A stretch of 21,178 nt of DNA from Gemmatimonadota bacterium (GTDB taxonomy: Bacteria; Gemmatimonadota; Gemmatimonadetes; Longimicrobiales; RSA9). Numbering within the stretch: position 1 is the first letter of the stretch; each line of letters starts with the position of its first letter. Under the pieces are notes generated by a model. The model was given only the letters and a program-made list of their open reading frames with translations, did not search any database and had not been told where the DNA came from. A program made the translations under genes and the position numbers. Positions 8,374-16,625 of the stretch are shown here, one piece after another. Where the stretch lies: the NCBI GenBank assembly GCA_040905425.1, contig JBBDRO010000058.1:7693-28870 (forward strand), given 5' to 3'.

Positions 8374-10349
8374 CCCATCTTCGACAGTTGCCGGGTACTC
8401 GGCCTCTGAAACCCGTTGGGACACAACAAACCGGACCTGAGCCGGTGCAGAATGTAGTGCCACAAACCGTGTAGACCGTATGGTGTATATGGATGCTACG
8501 CTTGTGGTTTTCGAGCATCGGATGTATCCTTCCGTGGTGGCAACTTAGCCTCGGGAGGCCGGATGTTCGTTCGGACCAAGCGATCGGGGCAGTACAGTTA
8601 CCTGCAGGTGGTCCATAATGAGCGGGTGGATGGCCGCGTCAGGCAGCGCGTCATCGGGACCCTCGGCCGTGTCGACGAGCTTCAAGCGAGCGCGCAGCTG
8701 GACGGTCTGCTGAACTCGCTGGGTCGGTTTGCCGATCACAGCGCTGTCCTGAGCGCTCACCGTGCGGGCGAGACCGAGGTGGAGGAGGCGCTGCGTATTG
8801 GCCCGGGCCTGGTCTTCGAGCGGCTGTGGCGAGAGTGCGGCATCCAGCGTACGCTGGAGCGGCTGCTCCAGGACCGGAAGTTCGAATTTTCCGTGGAGCG
8901 GGCCGTGTTTCTCACGGTGCTCCATCGGCTCTTCGCACCCGGCAGTGACCGTGCAGCGGAGATGTGGCGCGAGCGCTACCGGATTGAGGGCAGCGAGGAG
9001 CTCCAGCTCCAGCACCTTTACCGCGCCATGGCCTGGCTGGGGGCTGAGTTGCCGCCCCCGCAGCAGGTGGGCGCCACGCCCTTTGCTCCGCGCACCACGA
9101 AGGACGAGATCGAGGAGGGGCTCTTCCAGATTCGACGTGACCTGTTCTCCAGCCTGGATCTGGTCTTCTTCGATACCACCTCGATCTATTTCGAGGGTCG
9201 CGGCGGCGAGACCCTCGGCCAGAGGGGCCACAGCAAGGACCATCGCCCCGACCTGCCGCAGATGGTGGTCGGGGCCGTGCTGGACGCAGCGGGGCGGCCG
9301 CTGTGTAGCGAACTCTGGCCGGGCAACACCACGGATGTGCGAACGCTGGTACCGGTGGTGGATCGGCTCCGCACCCGCTTCGGCGTCCACGAGCTGTGTG
9401 TTGTGGCCGACCGCGGCATGATCAGCAAAGGCACGATCGAGGCCCTTCAGGATGGAACGCGCAACGTGCGCTACATCCTGGGTGCGCGCATGCGTCGCGT
9501 GAAGGAGGTCCGCGATGAGGTGCTGGCGCGAGGGGGCCGCTACCGGGAGGTGCGCCCTCCACGGCAGTCCAGCAAGGGACCCGCCCCGCTCCAGGTGAAG
9601 GAGGTCTGGGTCGAGGATCGCCGCTACATCGTGTGCTTGAACGAGGAAGAGGCACGCAAGGACCGACTCGACCGGGAGGCCATCGTAGCCTCCCTGGAAA
9701 AGAAGCTCAGCCAGGGAGAGAAGGCCCTGGTAGGCAACAAGGGCTACCGCCGCTTCCTCACGTCCACCGGCAACAGCTTTCGGATTGATCGGGCGAAGCT
9801 GGAACAGGAGGCCCGCTATGATGGCAAGTTCGTGCTCCAGACCGACCTCGATCTGGACGCCGCCGACGTGGCGCTCCGCTACAAGGAACTGTGGCAGGTC
9901 GAGGCCGCCTTCCGTAGCGTCAAGTCCGTCCTCGACACGCGCCCCATTTATCACCAGAAGGACGAGACCATCCGCGGCCATGTCTTCTGCAGCTTCCTCG
10001 CGCTGGTGCTGCTCAAGGAACTGCTGCATCGCATGGAAGAGAAGGGCGGGCACGTGGAATGGGCCAGACTACGCGAGGACCTGGATGCGCTGGAAGAGAT
10101 GAAGGTGCGTACCACGGGTCGATCCTTCATCCTGCGTACGCCGACCCGCGGCGACGCGGGACGTGCCCTGCAGGCGGCCGGCGTGGCGCTCGGACCCTCC
10201 GTCCGCTTGCTGAGCAGCGATCCATGAGGGCGTAAGGAGCAAGGACAGAGGCGTGGAGCGGGCCCGGGCAGCGTAGTGCCAAGGCCCCGAAGCAGTCCCG
10301 TAAACTATTTAAAGGGCGGAGCTTACGTTTTTCAACTGTCGAAGATGGG
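8374..10349 (+). mobile_element. IS1634-family insertion sequence, 1976 bp
   Basis: Perfect 17-bp IRs CCCATCTTCGACAGTTG (8374-8390) and CAACTGTCGAAGATGGG (10333-10349); 5-bp target duplication TCATG (8369-8373, 10350-10354). Confidence 0.95.
8563..10227 (+). CDS. IS1634 family DDE transposase
   Basis: 554 aa; FFDTTSIYF, GHSKDHRPDLPQ, VADRGM, YKELWQVEAAFRSVKS, RPIYH, IRGHVFCSFLAL; GGAGG RBS. Confidence 0.95.
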   Translation: MFVRTKRSGQYSYLQVVHNERVDGRVRQRVIGTLGRVDELQASAQLDGLLNSLGRFADHSAVLSAHRAGETEVEEALRIGPGLVFERLWRECGIQRTLERLLQDRKFEFSVERAVFLTVLHRLFAPGSDRAAEMWRERYRIEGSEELQLQHLYRAMAWLGAELPPPQQVGATPFAPRTTKDEIEEGLFQIRRDLFSSLDLVFFDTTSIYFEGRGGETLGQRGHSKDHRPDLPQMVVGAVLDAAGRPLCSELWPGNTTDVRTLVPVVDRLRTRFGVHELCVVADRGMISKGTIEALQDGTRNVRYILGARMRRVKEVRDEVLARGGRYREVRPPRQSSKGPAPLQVKEVWVEDRRYIVCLNEEEARKDRLDREAIVASLEKKLSQGEKALVGNKGYRRFLTSTGNSFRIDRAKLEQEARYDGKFVLQTDLDLDAADVALRYKELWQVEAAFRSVKSVLDTRPIYHQKDETIRGHVFCSFLALVLLKELLHRMEEKGGHVEWARLREDLDALEEMKVRTTGRSFILRTPTRGDAGRALQAAGVALGPSVRLLSSDP

Positions 10350-10381
10350 TCATGGGCACCAGGAGCAGAGCTGATCGGGAC

Positions 10382-10596
10382 GGCTGTGCCATGGACACAC
10401 TCCTGGCGGGGGCTCCGCCCTGGGGAAGCCAGCGCCAGATGAACACGGGGAACCCACAACGCTAGCGGGTTGGGAGGGGGCAACAGGCTACGGCACGGAG
10501 GGACCCCCCATTTCTACCCTCCGGCTTTTCGGAGGGTAAGATCTTTCTGTTGCTGCCCTCCCCCCTGGCGCATTCGCACCGCCGCCTTCGGCATCT
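10382..10596. repeat. Copy 1 of the repeated module (sigma/MFS intergenic region only)
   Basis: Aligns with about 13381-13605 and 17936-18158 (shared CCGCCCTGGGGAAG, GCGCCAGATG, GGCTACGGCAC, CCCTGGCGCAT); more diverged than the other two copies. Confidence 0.85.
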
Positions 10597-10676
10597 GTCC
10601 CATTGTGGGAGTACACGCCCGTGTAAACTTTGGACTCCACGACCACCCTGCGACCAACAGGACAGTCTATTATTGG

Positions 10677-11711
10677 CTATCGGCGCAGGTCGGCAATCAC
10701 CACCGAGGGTACCGGCTCTTCTGTGCTGAGAAGAAAGCCGTGGTCGCTACTATAATCGTGCATATAATACCAACCGTATATTCGCCCGATGACGTTCTTC
10801 TGGTTTGCATCGATCGAATATACGATGGTAGTCCGTCGGTCAATTGGCTCCCCTGGGCTACCATGCCATTCCGCCCAGTACGTGACTAATGCGGACCTAG
10901 CCAAGCCGGCGGGAAATGGTCCGGTTCCTACCTTCACCGAAAGTAGAGTTTCATTAGCCCGGCCGGGCACCGGTCCGCCATTGGAAGCCGCTGATGAGGC
11001 CTCCGGCGTAACAGAATCCTGTACCGTGGTTATACGCCCCGATTTACAGTCCAACAGCTTCACAGCCGGTAGAAGGTCATGTTCCGCGAACCAGACGATT
11101 GAGCTTCCGTTTGAGGCCGAGAACCCCGGGTGTCGCCATGGTATATACGTACCGGCCAGTTCGGAATCGACCCTGATTGGCGAGGCCTGAGAGGTAGATT
11201 GAACAACAACAGCGACTGCTGAATCCCCAAGACGCCCGTACGCGAAAATCTCGTTGCCTTGACAGGCCGACTCAAGCACCCTTACACTCATCTGAATCGG
11301 GATCGAACTGGATCGGAGACGCGTGCCCTCCCGGCTGAATACCGTTAGCCTGTTGCGATCGTGCGCGACGATCACTTCACTGTCATCCGTGACAGCAATG
11401 GCCCGTGTTGAGTATGCTTCGCCAGGCCCCCCGCCGAACGGAATGAACCGAGCCTCCAATAAACCAGTCGGTCCGAAAATCCAGGCAAACGGGTCCGAAG
11501 CATCCAGCACAGCTATTCCGCCGTTTGGCAAGAACTTGGCCTCTCGAACTCGGGTGAACGTCACCGAAGTTTGACCAACTGCTGGAATAGTCCGAGACCC
11601 CTCCCGGAGGTCGATGATCGCATCTTTCTCCGGGAGGGTGTCATCCACTTCTCCGCACGCTAGCAGGAGCCCTGCTACCGCCAAAGAATGACGTATCGGC
11701 CGACGTACCAT
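10677..11711 (-). CDS. Beta-propeller-type lipoprotein (C)
   Basis: MVRRPIRHSLAVAGLLLAC lipobox; LPNGGIAVLD, GGGPGEA; TGATG coupling to the upstream peptide gene. Confidence 0.8.
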   Translation of the reverse strand: MVRRPIRHSLAVAGLLLACGEVDDTLPEKDAIIDLREGSRTIPAVGQTSVTFTRVREAKFLPNGGIAVLDASDPFAWIFGPTGLLEARFIPFGGGPGEAYSTRAIAVTDDSEVIVAHDRNRLTVFSREGTRLRSSSIPIQMSVRVLESACQGNEIFAYGRLGDSAVAVVVQSTSQASPIRVDSELAGTYIPWRHPGFSASNGSSIVWFAEHDLLPAVKLLDCKSGRITTVQDSVTPEASSAASNGGPVPGRANETLLSVKVGTGPFPAGLARSALVTYWAEWHGSPGEPIDRRTTIVYSIDANQKNVIGRIYGWYYMHDYSSDHGFLLSTEEPVPSVVIADLRR

Positions 11712-11938
11712 CAATCCGGCGGGCAACCAAGAGTGCTGGAGTGGCAAGCATACGTGCACTCGACCTCCTGCTCATCACACTCCACGAGGAAGCAGATGGT
11801 ATCCTCCTCGGTGGGGTGCTCAATGCACGAATCGCAGATATCGTAGCAACCCTCGTCCGCAGCGAGCATGCTGGCGCTGCCCGCGACGAAGAGGAAGGCC
11901 ACGATTCCAGATCCCAGGTACTTCCGCAACAGTCTCAT
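11711..11938 (-). CDS. Small secreted acidic Cys-rich peptide (75 aa, 8 Cys)
   Basis: Strong AAGGAGG RBS; signal peptide MRLLRKYLGSGIVAFLFVAGSASMLAA; mature DEGCYDICDSCIEHPTEEDTICFLVECDEQEVECTYACHSSTLGCPPD. Confidence 0.85.
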   Translation of the reverse strand: MRLLRKYLGSGIVAFLFVAGSASMLAADEGCYDICDSCIEHPTEEDTICFLVECDEQEVECTYACHSSTLGCPPD

Positions 11939-11979
11939 TTGATGCCTCCTTCTAAGGCGTGGATTTGTGAGGCGCCCGG

Positions 11980-12528
11980 TCAATTCAACCATCCGCCAAT
12001 CGGCAGGGCGCGCAACCGATTAACGGCCATGATTCGGGAGAGCCTGAATGAGAGATTCACTCTTGCCGTGGAGTCATGCCGCACAGTCAGATAAACCACA
12101 GATGGTACGTATTGAGCCCGAAGAGAACGCTGGATCACTCCATCTACATCTCTTGCAATCAGGAGGTCGCTAGCAGAGGAAGAGGCAAAGTCTGGGGGGA
12201 GAATTGCGGATGTTGGAGCGCCCTTCACCACCAACAAAACCGAGTGGCCACCGGATCGCGCCAACTGCAATGCAAAGGCGCGGTATCGATCACCATGTTG
12301 TACGCAGCTATTGCACGATGTAGACAGTAGAACAACAGTCAAGTCCACGCTGTCCTCCATAGTAGCGCTTAGCGGCGACATTACTGCCGGAACCCTTCCC
12401 AACTCGCTATCCGGTTCGGGCAGATAGGGGTGACTGCCCTGCTGGAACAATCTGCCTGCCACAAGTACCGCCCCCAATACGAGCAGGCCCAAGCCGGCAA
12501 TGCGGCGGGTTCCAATGGTTGCATTCAA
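11980..12528 (-). CDS. Membrane-anchored thioredoxin-fold (TlpA-like) CxxC protein
   Basis: N-terminal TM segment, VVLLSTSCNSC, DVDGVIQRSLRAQYVPSVVYL with cis-Pro-type motif; probable TTG start at 12528 (GGAG upstream), alternative 12591. Confidence 0.7.
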   Translation of the reverse strand: MNATIGTRRIAGLGLLVLGAVLVAGRLFQQGSHPYLPEPDSELGRVPAVMSPLSATMEDSVDLTVVLLSTSCNSCVQHGDRYRAFALQLARSGGHSVLLVVKGAPTSAILPPDFASSSASDLLIARDVDGVIQRSLRAQYVPSVVYLTVRHDSTARVNLSFRLSRIMAVNRLRALPIGGWLN

Positions 12529-12824
12529 CCGTAGTGGCTCCCTATGCACCGCTGACTCGGTCGCGAAAGATTTTGTTGACGGGAAGGCCACGGCAGTACG
12601 TCACACCGACTCTGGCGGCGTCCAAAGGCATGCTTTGGTCGGCGACACCTTCCCCTGAGGGTGAAGGCATCAATTGGCCTTGGCTGGCACCGCCCTTGGA
12701 CAAGCCCCTACCGCGAGCACCGGCTTCCGAACAGGATGGGGACATGCCGCTCCCTGTTGATGACCGGTCGCAACCCGCGTCCGATCTCGTCCTCGTTCCT
12801 ACCCCTATTAACCCACCAACCCCC

Positions 12825-13391
12825 TTACCCCCCCCCGTCCAAAAAAGAGGACACATCGTCAAACCCGCCGATTCCCCTTGCCAGCAGGGCATTCTTGATG
12901 TTCCCATATGCCGCCGTCTTCCGCTTCTCTAACGCCTTGGGAGTGGCGTTCAGCTCCGCCGCAGCTTCCGCCACGGTGAGCTCCTCGTAGGTCGTGAGCC
13001 TCACGGCGGACCGCTGCCTTGTGGGCAGATCGTCCACGATCTCAGCCAGGAGCCGTTGGAGCGCGGCGGCTCCGATCGCCACGGCGAGCTCGCGCGGCCT
13101 CGGTGTGCCTGCCTCCGGCGCATGGGCCAGCGGCGCCTGCTTCAGCAGTCTATCCAGCATCCTCCACGCCTCCCGACGCACGGCCCGGAACAGGTACCGG
13201 CGGCGTCTTTGCACAGGTACCCGTGCCAGATAATCCTTTGGCAACTTACTGAAGACCTCGTGCACCGCGTCCTAGGCGCGCGCAACGTCATGTAGAATCC
13301 GGGTGGCGATTCGGATCATCTCCGACGCGTGCGCTACGTAAAGCTCCGCGACTTCACGCCTGTCGACCGGGTTGAATGCTGGCTGTGCCAC
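12825..13391 (-). pseudogene. ECF-type sigma-70 factor with in-frame TAG at codon 40
   Basis: AGGAG-7 nt-GTG; ELYVAHASEMIRIATRILHDVARA*DAVHEVF (region 2) and DDLPTRQRSAVRLTTYEELTVAEAAAEL (region 4). TAG at 13272-13274 where the other copy has CAG. Confidence 0.85.
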
Positions 13392-13641
13392 GGACACACT
13401 CCTGCCGGGGGCCCCGCCCTGGGGAAGGCGGCGCCAGATGGACACGGGGAGTCTACAACGCCGGCGGGTGGCAGGTGGGAACCGCGGACGAGGGCGGAGG
13501 CTACGGCACCGTCGCACCCCCATGTTTATGCCCCGGCCGCTCGAAAGGCAAGAGCTTTCTCCTGATACCTCCGCCCCCTGGCGCATCCGCCCCATCCCCC
13601 CATCTTCCCCGCCAGCAAACGCACCGCAGCCCGGAGCCGCA

Positions 13642-13905
13642 TTGCCCCTCACCGCGCGCGACCGCGCCCTCATCCTCACGGCCATCATGCTGGCGCTCTT
13701 CCTGGGCGCGCTGGACCAGACCATCGTGTCCACGGCGCTGCCCGCCATCGTGGCCGACCTGGAGGGGCTGGACCGCTACGCGTGGGTGGCCACCGCCTAC
13801 CTGCTGGCTTCCACCTCGCTGGTGCCCATCTACGGCAAGCTGGCCGACATGCGCAGCCGGCGGAGCATCGAGCTGGTGGCGATGGGCCTCTTCCTCACGG
13901 GCTCC
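13642..13905 (+). pseudogene. 5' fragment of DHA2 MFS transporter
   Basis: Near-identical to the first 88 codons of 18198-19748, then runs into unrelated lower-GC sequence (stop at 13983). Confidence 0.9.
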
Positions 13906-13950
13906 GCGTTTTCATACCGTACCAGGAGCAGCGACCAACTGAGCACTGTC

Positions 13951-15033
13951 TCACCGAGACTCGGACTCCACGATCCGATGTAACCGCAAGGACAGGGAAC
14001 CGTCGTTACGTTGGCTCATCGAATATAAAAGGGAATCCGAGGCGAATCCTCTTATCGGCTCTCTCGACCTGCCGCTTATGATTACTCGTTGAGAGTGCGG
14101 ATCAACGAGTGCTATCACCGAGTCCAAATACTGATGCTCTAGCACTACCATGTCAGTGTTTGTTCTGTCGACGTTCCGATCAGCTGGCGTCCAAGCGGAG
14201 GAGGCGACGAGGCCCACGACCCAGATCAGCCCATCAGAGCGGCAACGTATGGTAGTGATCAAACCTTTTGGCCGCTCCTTCCAAAATTCGACTGATGACC
14301 CGGGCACGTGGCCCTCTAACCAGGGGACATCCAATTCCACGGTGATGGTATCACGCGGATCATGGCGCCACCTAGATAGTGCCAGTTCGCCCACTGGGGA
14401 ACTCCACAAGGTTCCATCGTGACATGCTGTCAACACTCGCCGGGGAGGTCGTCTGACATCTATCACAGAACCTGCAAAATCATACGAGGCCTGTCGAGAG
14501 CCATCCCAGCTAAAACGATGTACCATATAGCCAAAAAGGCGACGCTCCCCTATTAAACTCACGAACGCAAACTGACTATCCGGCAAAAGCCGGAACGATC
14601 TCGCAGTATTATGAACGGCTGAACCCGTGTAGCGATGATTAAAGTTCTCGTCAAATACTACATGGTGCTGCGAAAAAACATGAATGTTTCCTTGATTGTC
14701 AACTTCAAGGCCCCGAACCCGACGGAATTCGTCGGGGGCATCTCCAGAACGGCCAATAGATCTCTGGTATGCGCCGTTCGTACCGAATATAAATACCCTT
14801 CCATCAGGATAGACCGGCGCAACGGCGAAGCGGCCGTCTCGTAGTTGCCGTACCGCTGAAGAATAGTGCAAATCCCCATCGGCATTCGAGACATCCAAGT
14901 CCATCACCGGATTAATTGCCAATGTGTCTGCAATGAAAGCAGACACCGGCACATTAGCCACTTGGCCACCACTCAGGAATTTCACCGCGCAGAGAAGAGA
15001 AAGTGCAGTTGCGAACAGAGGATATCTCGGCAT
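13951..15033 (-). CDS. Secreted beta-propeller-type protein (D)
   Basis: Signal-like MPRYPLFATALSLLC; VFIFGTNGAYQRSIGRSGDAPDEF; SDGLIWV; visibly lower GC. Confidence 0.8.
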   Translation of the reverse strand: MPRYPLFATALSLLCAVKFLSGGQVANVPVSAFIADTLAINPVMDLDVSNADGDLHYSSAVRQLRDGRFAVAPVYPDGRVFIFGTNGAYQRSIGRSGDAPDEFRRVRGLEVDNQGNIHVFSQHHVVFDENFNHRYTGSAVHNTARSFRLLPDSQFAFVSLIGERRLFGYMVHRFSWDGSRQASYDFAGSVIDVRRPPRRVLTACHDGTLWSSPVGELALSRWRHDPRDTITVELDVPWLEGHVPGSSVEFWKERPKGLITTIRCRSDGLIWVVGLVASSAWTPADRNVDRTNTDMVVLEHQYLDSVIALVDPHSQRVIISGRSREPIRGFASDSLLYSMSQRNDGSLSLRLHRIVESESR

Positions 15034-15202
15034 CACAACGGGAGCCCCCTTTGGGTTGATCACTCGCGAATTCTAATGCGGACTGACTCCACTGCCGAAT
15101 ACGAACAGATTCGGGTCCTGGAGGACAAGCTTCCCTGGCAATCAGGTGGTACCGTTCAAGCTCCGCAAATGGCGGGGAACGAAAGCGGACTGCTCCGGAA
15201 CT

Positions 15203-16624
15203 TCACCGCCTGGCGCTGCCCACACTTCGCACGAGCATGACGCGCAGCCCGGCGGTATACCACACCGCCCGCGTATCCTCGAACTCATGGCCCCACCATG
15301 CTTTCAGATCGCCCCAGGAGGTGCGCTCTAGGACCGCTCCCACCTCCAGTTCGGTCGCCGGGCTGCCGAGTCCTACGAGCACGCCCGCCGCCGCTCCGAT
15401 CGGTAGGCCCCACGATGTGATGTGGTTCGGCGTCGACCGACGCGCCACGCCCGCCCGGGCCGCTGCGAACGGCCGCACGGCCTCACCGCCCCACACCAGC
15501 CGCGGCTCCAGGTAAAAGCCCGTGGCGCTCCCCGTTTCCTCCCTGGTCCCCTGGCCGAAGTACGTACCCGCCGCGCCCACGCCGAGCCAGACCCTCGGGC
15601 GCCAGCGCCAGTGCACCTGCGTGGCCCAGCCGAGTCCCGGTGAGGAGAGGCCGTCCACCTGGCCGCCCACGGCCCCGGCGCCGAACGCGAGGGAAAGGTC
15701 CCACAGGGAGCCGCCCCGTGCGTCATGCAGCGCCACGTCGTCCATAGTGTGGCGAAACCACAACGCCACCACGCCGCAGTGGGACCCGGATCCGCCGTAC
15801 GCCGCGGGCAACTCCGCCACGCCACGATAGACCTCGACGGCTTCGATGTCATGGGCCGTGAGCGTCCGCAGCCACATCAGCATGTCCTCTTCGGCCTCGT
15901 CGCCTACCCGCGCCCCACCGATGTAGAGGGTGGCTCGGCAGCTGCCGTCTGCACTGAACAGGCGGGCGGTGTGGCTCCGCAGCATCTCGATGACCGGTAT
16001 GGTGGCCGTCTCTCGGACGCGCACGCCAGGTACGATACCAAGCACTCCGCCCAACCGCATGCTGCCGAGCGGCGCCAGATCCTCGCGGGTGAGGAATTTA
16101 CCCCACGGCAGCGCCATGCGGTCACGGATATCCTGCATGTAGGGAGGCTCGAGCCGCTCCGCCCGGACATCGAGTGGCGCCAGCGCCACGGGTTCGCCGC
16201 GGAGCGCCAGCTCCACCTGCACCACGGCATCTGGGTCGAGCTCGCGTGCCTGCGTCTCCAGCGTGCCAAACGCAATGTGCTCCACCCGCAGCCGGTAGCG
16301 ACCTGCCGTCGGGACCCGCACCGAGAAGACCCCGTTGCCCCCGCTCACGGCACTGGCCACTACAGAATCCGCGCCGGCGGGCAGGACGGAAACCACGGCG
16401 GCCGCGACGGACCGACGGCTGTCGGCGTCCACGACCTGCCCGGTGAAGACCTGGGCAGCCGCCGGGGTGACAGTCATACCGAGGGCGGTCGCCAACGCGA
16501 CCGCCCTCGTGAAGATATAAATGAGGCCTCCATTCCTGCGATTCGGTATGGGGAGCACATGATCCCCGCATGAGAAATGCAAGCGAATCCTATCTGCTTC
16601 TTTCTCCGTCATTATGACGGGCAA
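15203..16624 (-). CDS. Exported protein: carboxypeptidase-regulatory-like domain, TonB-plug-like domain and C-terminal beta-barrel-like region; start uncertain
   Basis: AAAQVFTGQVVDAD...GRYRLRVEHIAF; IEAVEVYRGVAELPAAYGGSGSHCGVVALW; alternating strands GFYLEPRLVWG, WYTAGLRV. Confidence 0.75.
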   Translation of the reverse strand: MPVIMTEKEADRIRLHFSCGDHVLPIPNRRNGGLIYIFTRAVALATALGMTVTPAAAQVFTGQVVDADSRRSVAAAVVSVLPAGADSVVASAVSGGNGVFSVRVPTAGRYRLRVEHIAFGTLETQARELDPDAVVQVELALRGEPVALAPLDVRAERLEPPYMQDIRDRMALPWGKFLTREDLAPLGSMRLGGVLGIVPGVRVRETATIPVIEMLRSHTARLFSADGSCRATLYIGGARVGDEAEEDMLMWLRTLTAHDIEAVEVYRGVAELPAAYGGSGSHCGVVALWFRHTMDDVALHDARGGSLWDLSLAFGAGAVGGQVDGLSSPGLGWATQVHWRWRPRVWLGVGAAGTYFGQGTREETGSATGFYLEPRLVWGGEAVRPFAAARAGVARRSTPNHITSWGLPIGAAAGVLVGLGSPATELEVGAVLERTSWGDLKAWWGHEFEDTRAVWYTAGLRVMLVRSVGSARR

Positions 16625-16625
16625 A

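Larger units (their letters stand above)
7308..10392 (-). pseudogene. 6-bladed beta-propeller lipoprotein (B), interrupted in its signal peptide by IS1634
   Basis: Removing the IS and one TCATG copy joins ATG 10392 (AGGAG RBS) to give MAQPSRSALLLVPMMLACQD...; the body has GRRGEGPGEF and GMKRGDLDVHVVQRYRF. Confidence 0.88.
12797..13905. repeat. Copy 2 of the repeated module (sigma gene, intergenic region, MFS 5' fragment), about 1.1 kb
   Basis: Direct repeat of 17352-18461; homology stops abruptly after ACGGGCTCC at 13905. Confidence 0.95.

Noticed and set aside
7308..8465. ORF-track start MWHYILHRL for propeller B
   Set aside because: The first 30 or so codons are IS sequence; the native start is at 10392.
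8545..10053. 502-aa minus-strand ORF
   Set aside because: Antisense shadow of the transposase.
12542..12745. 67-aa minus-strand ORF (MSPSCSEAG...) after sigma copy 2, with GGAG upstream
   Set aside because: No signal peptide, TM segment or motif; it cannot be supported as an anti-sigma or peptide gene, though not excluded.
13272..13274. Programmed amber readthrough (pyrrolysine or recoding) in the sigma gene
   Set aside because: A single C>T change from CAG explains it, and TAG is used as a normal stop at 4207-4209 and 10677-10679.
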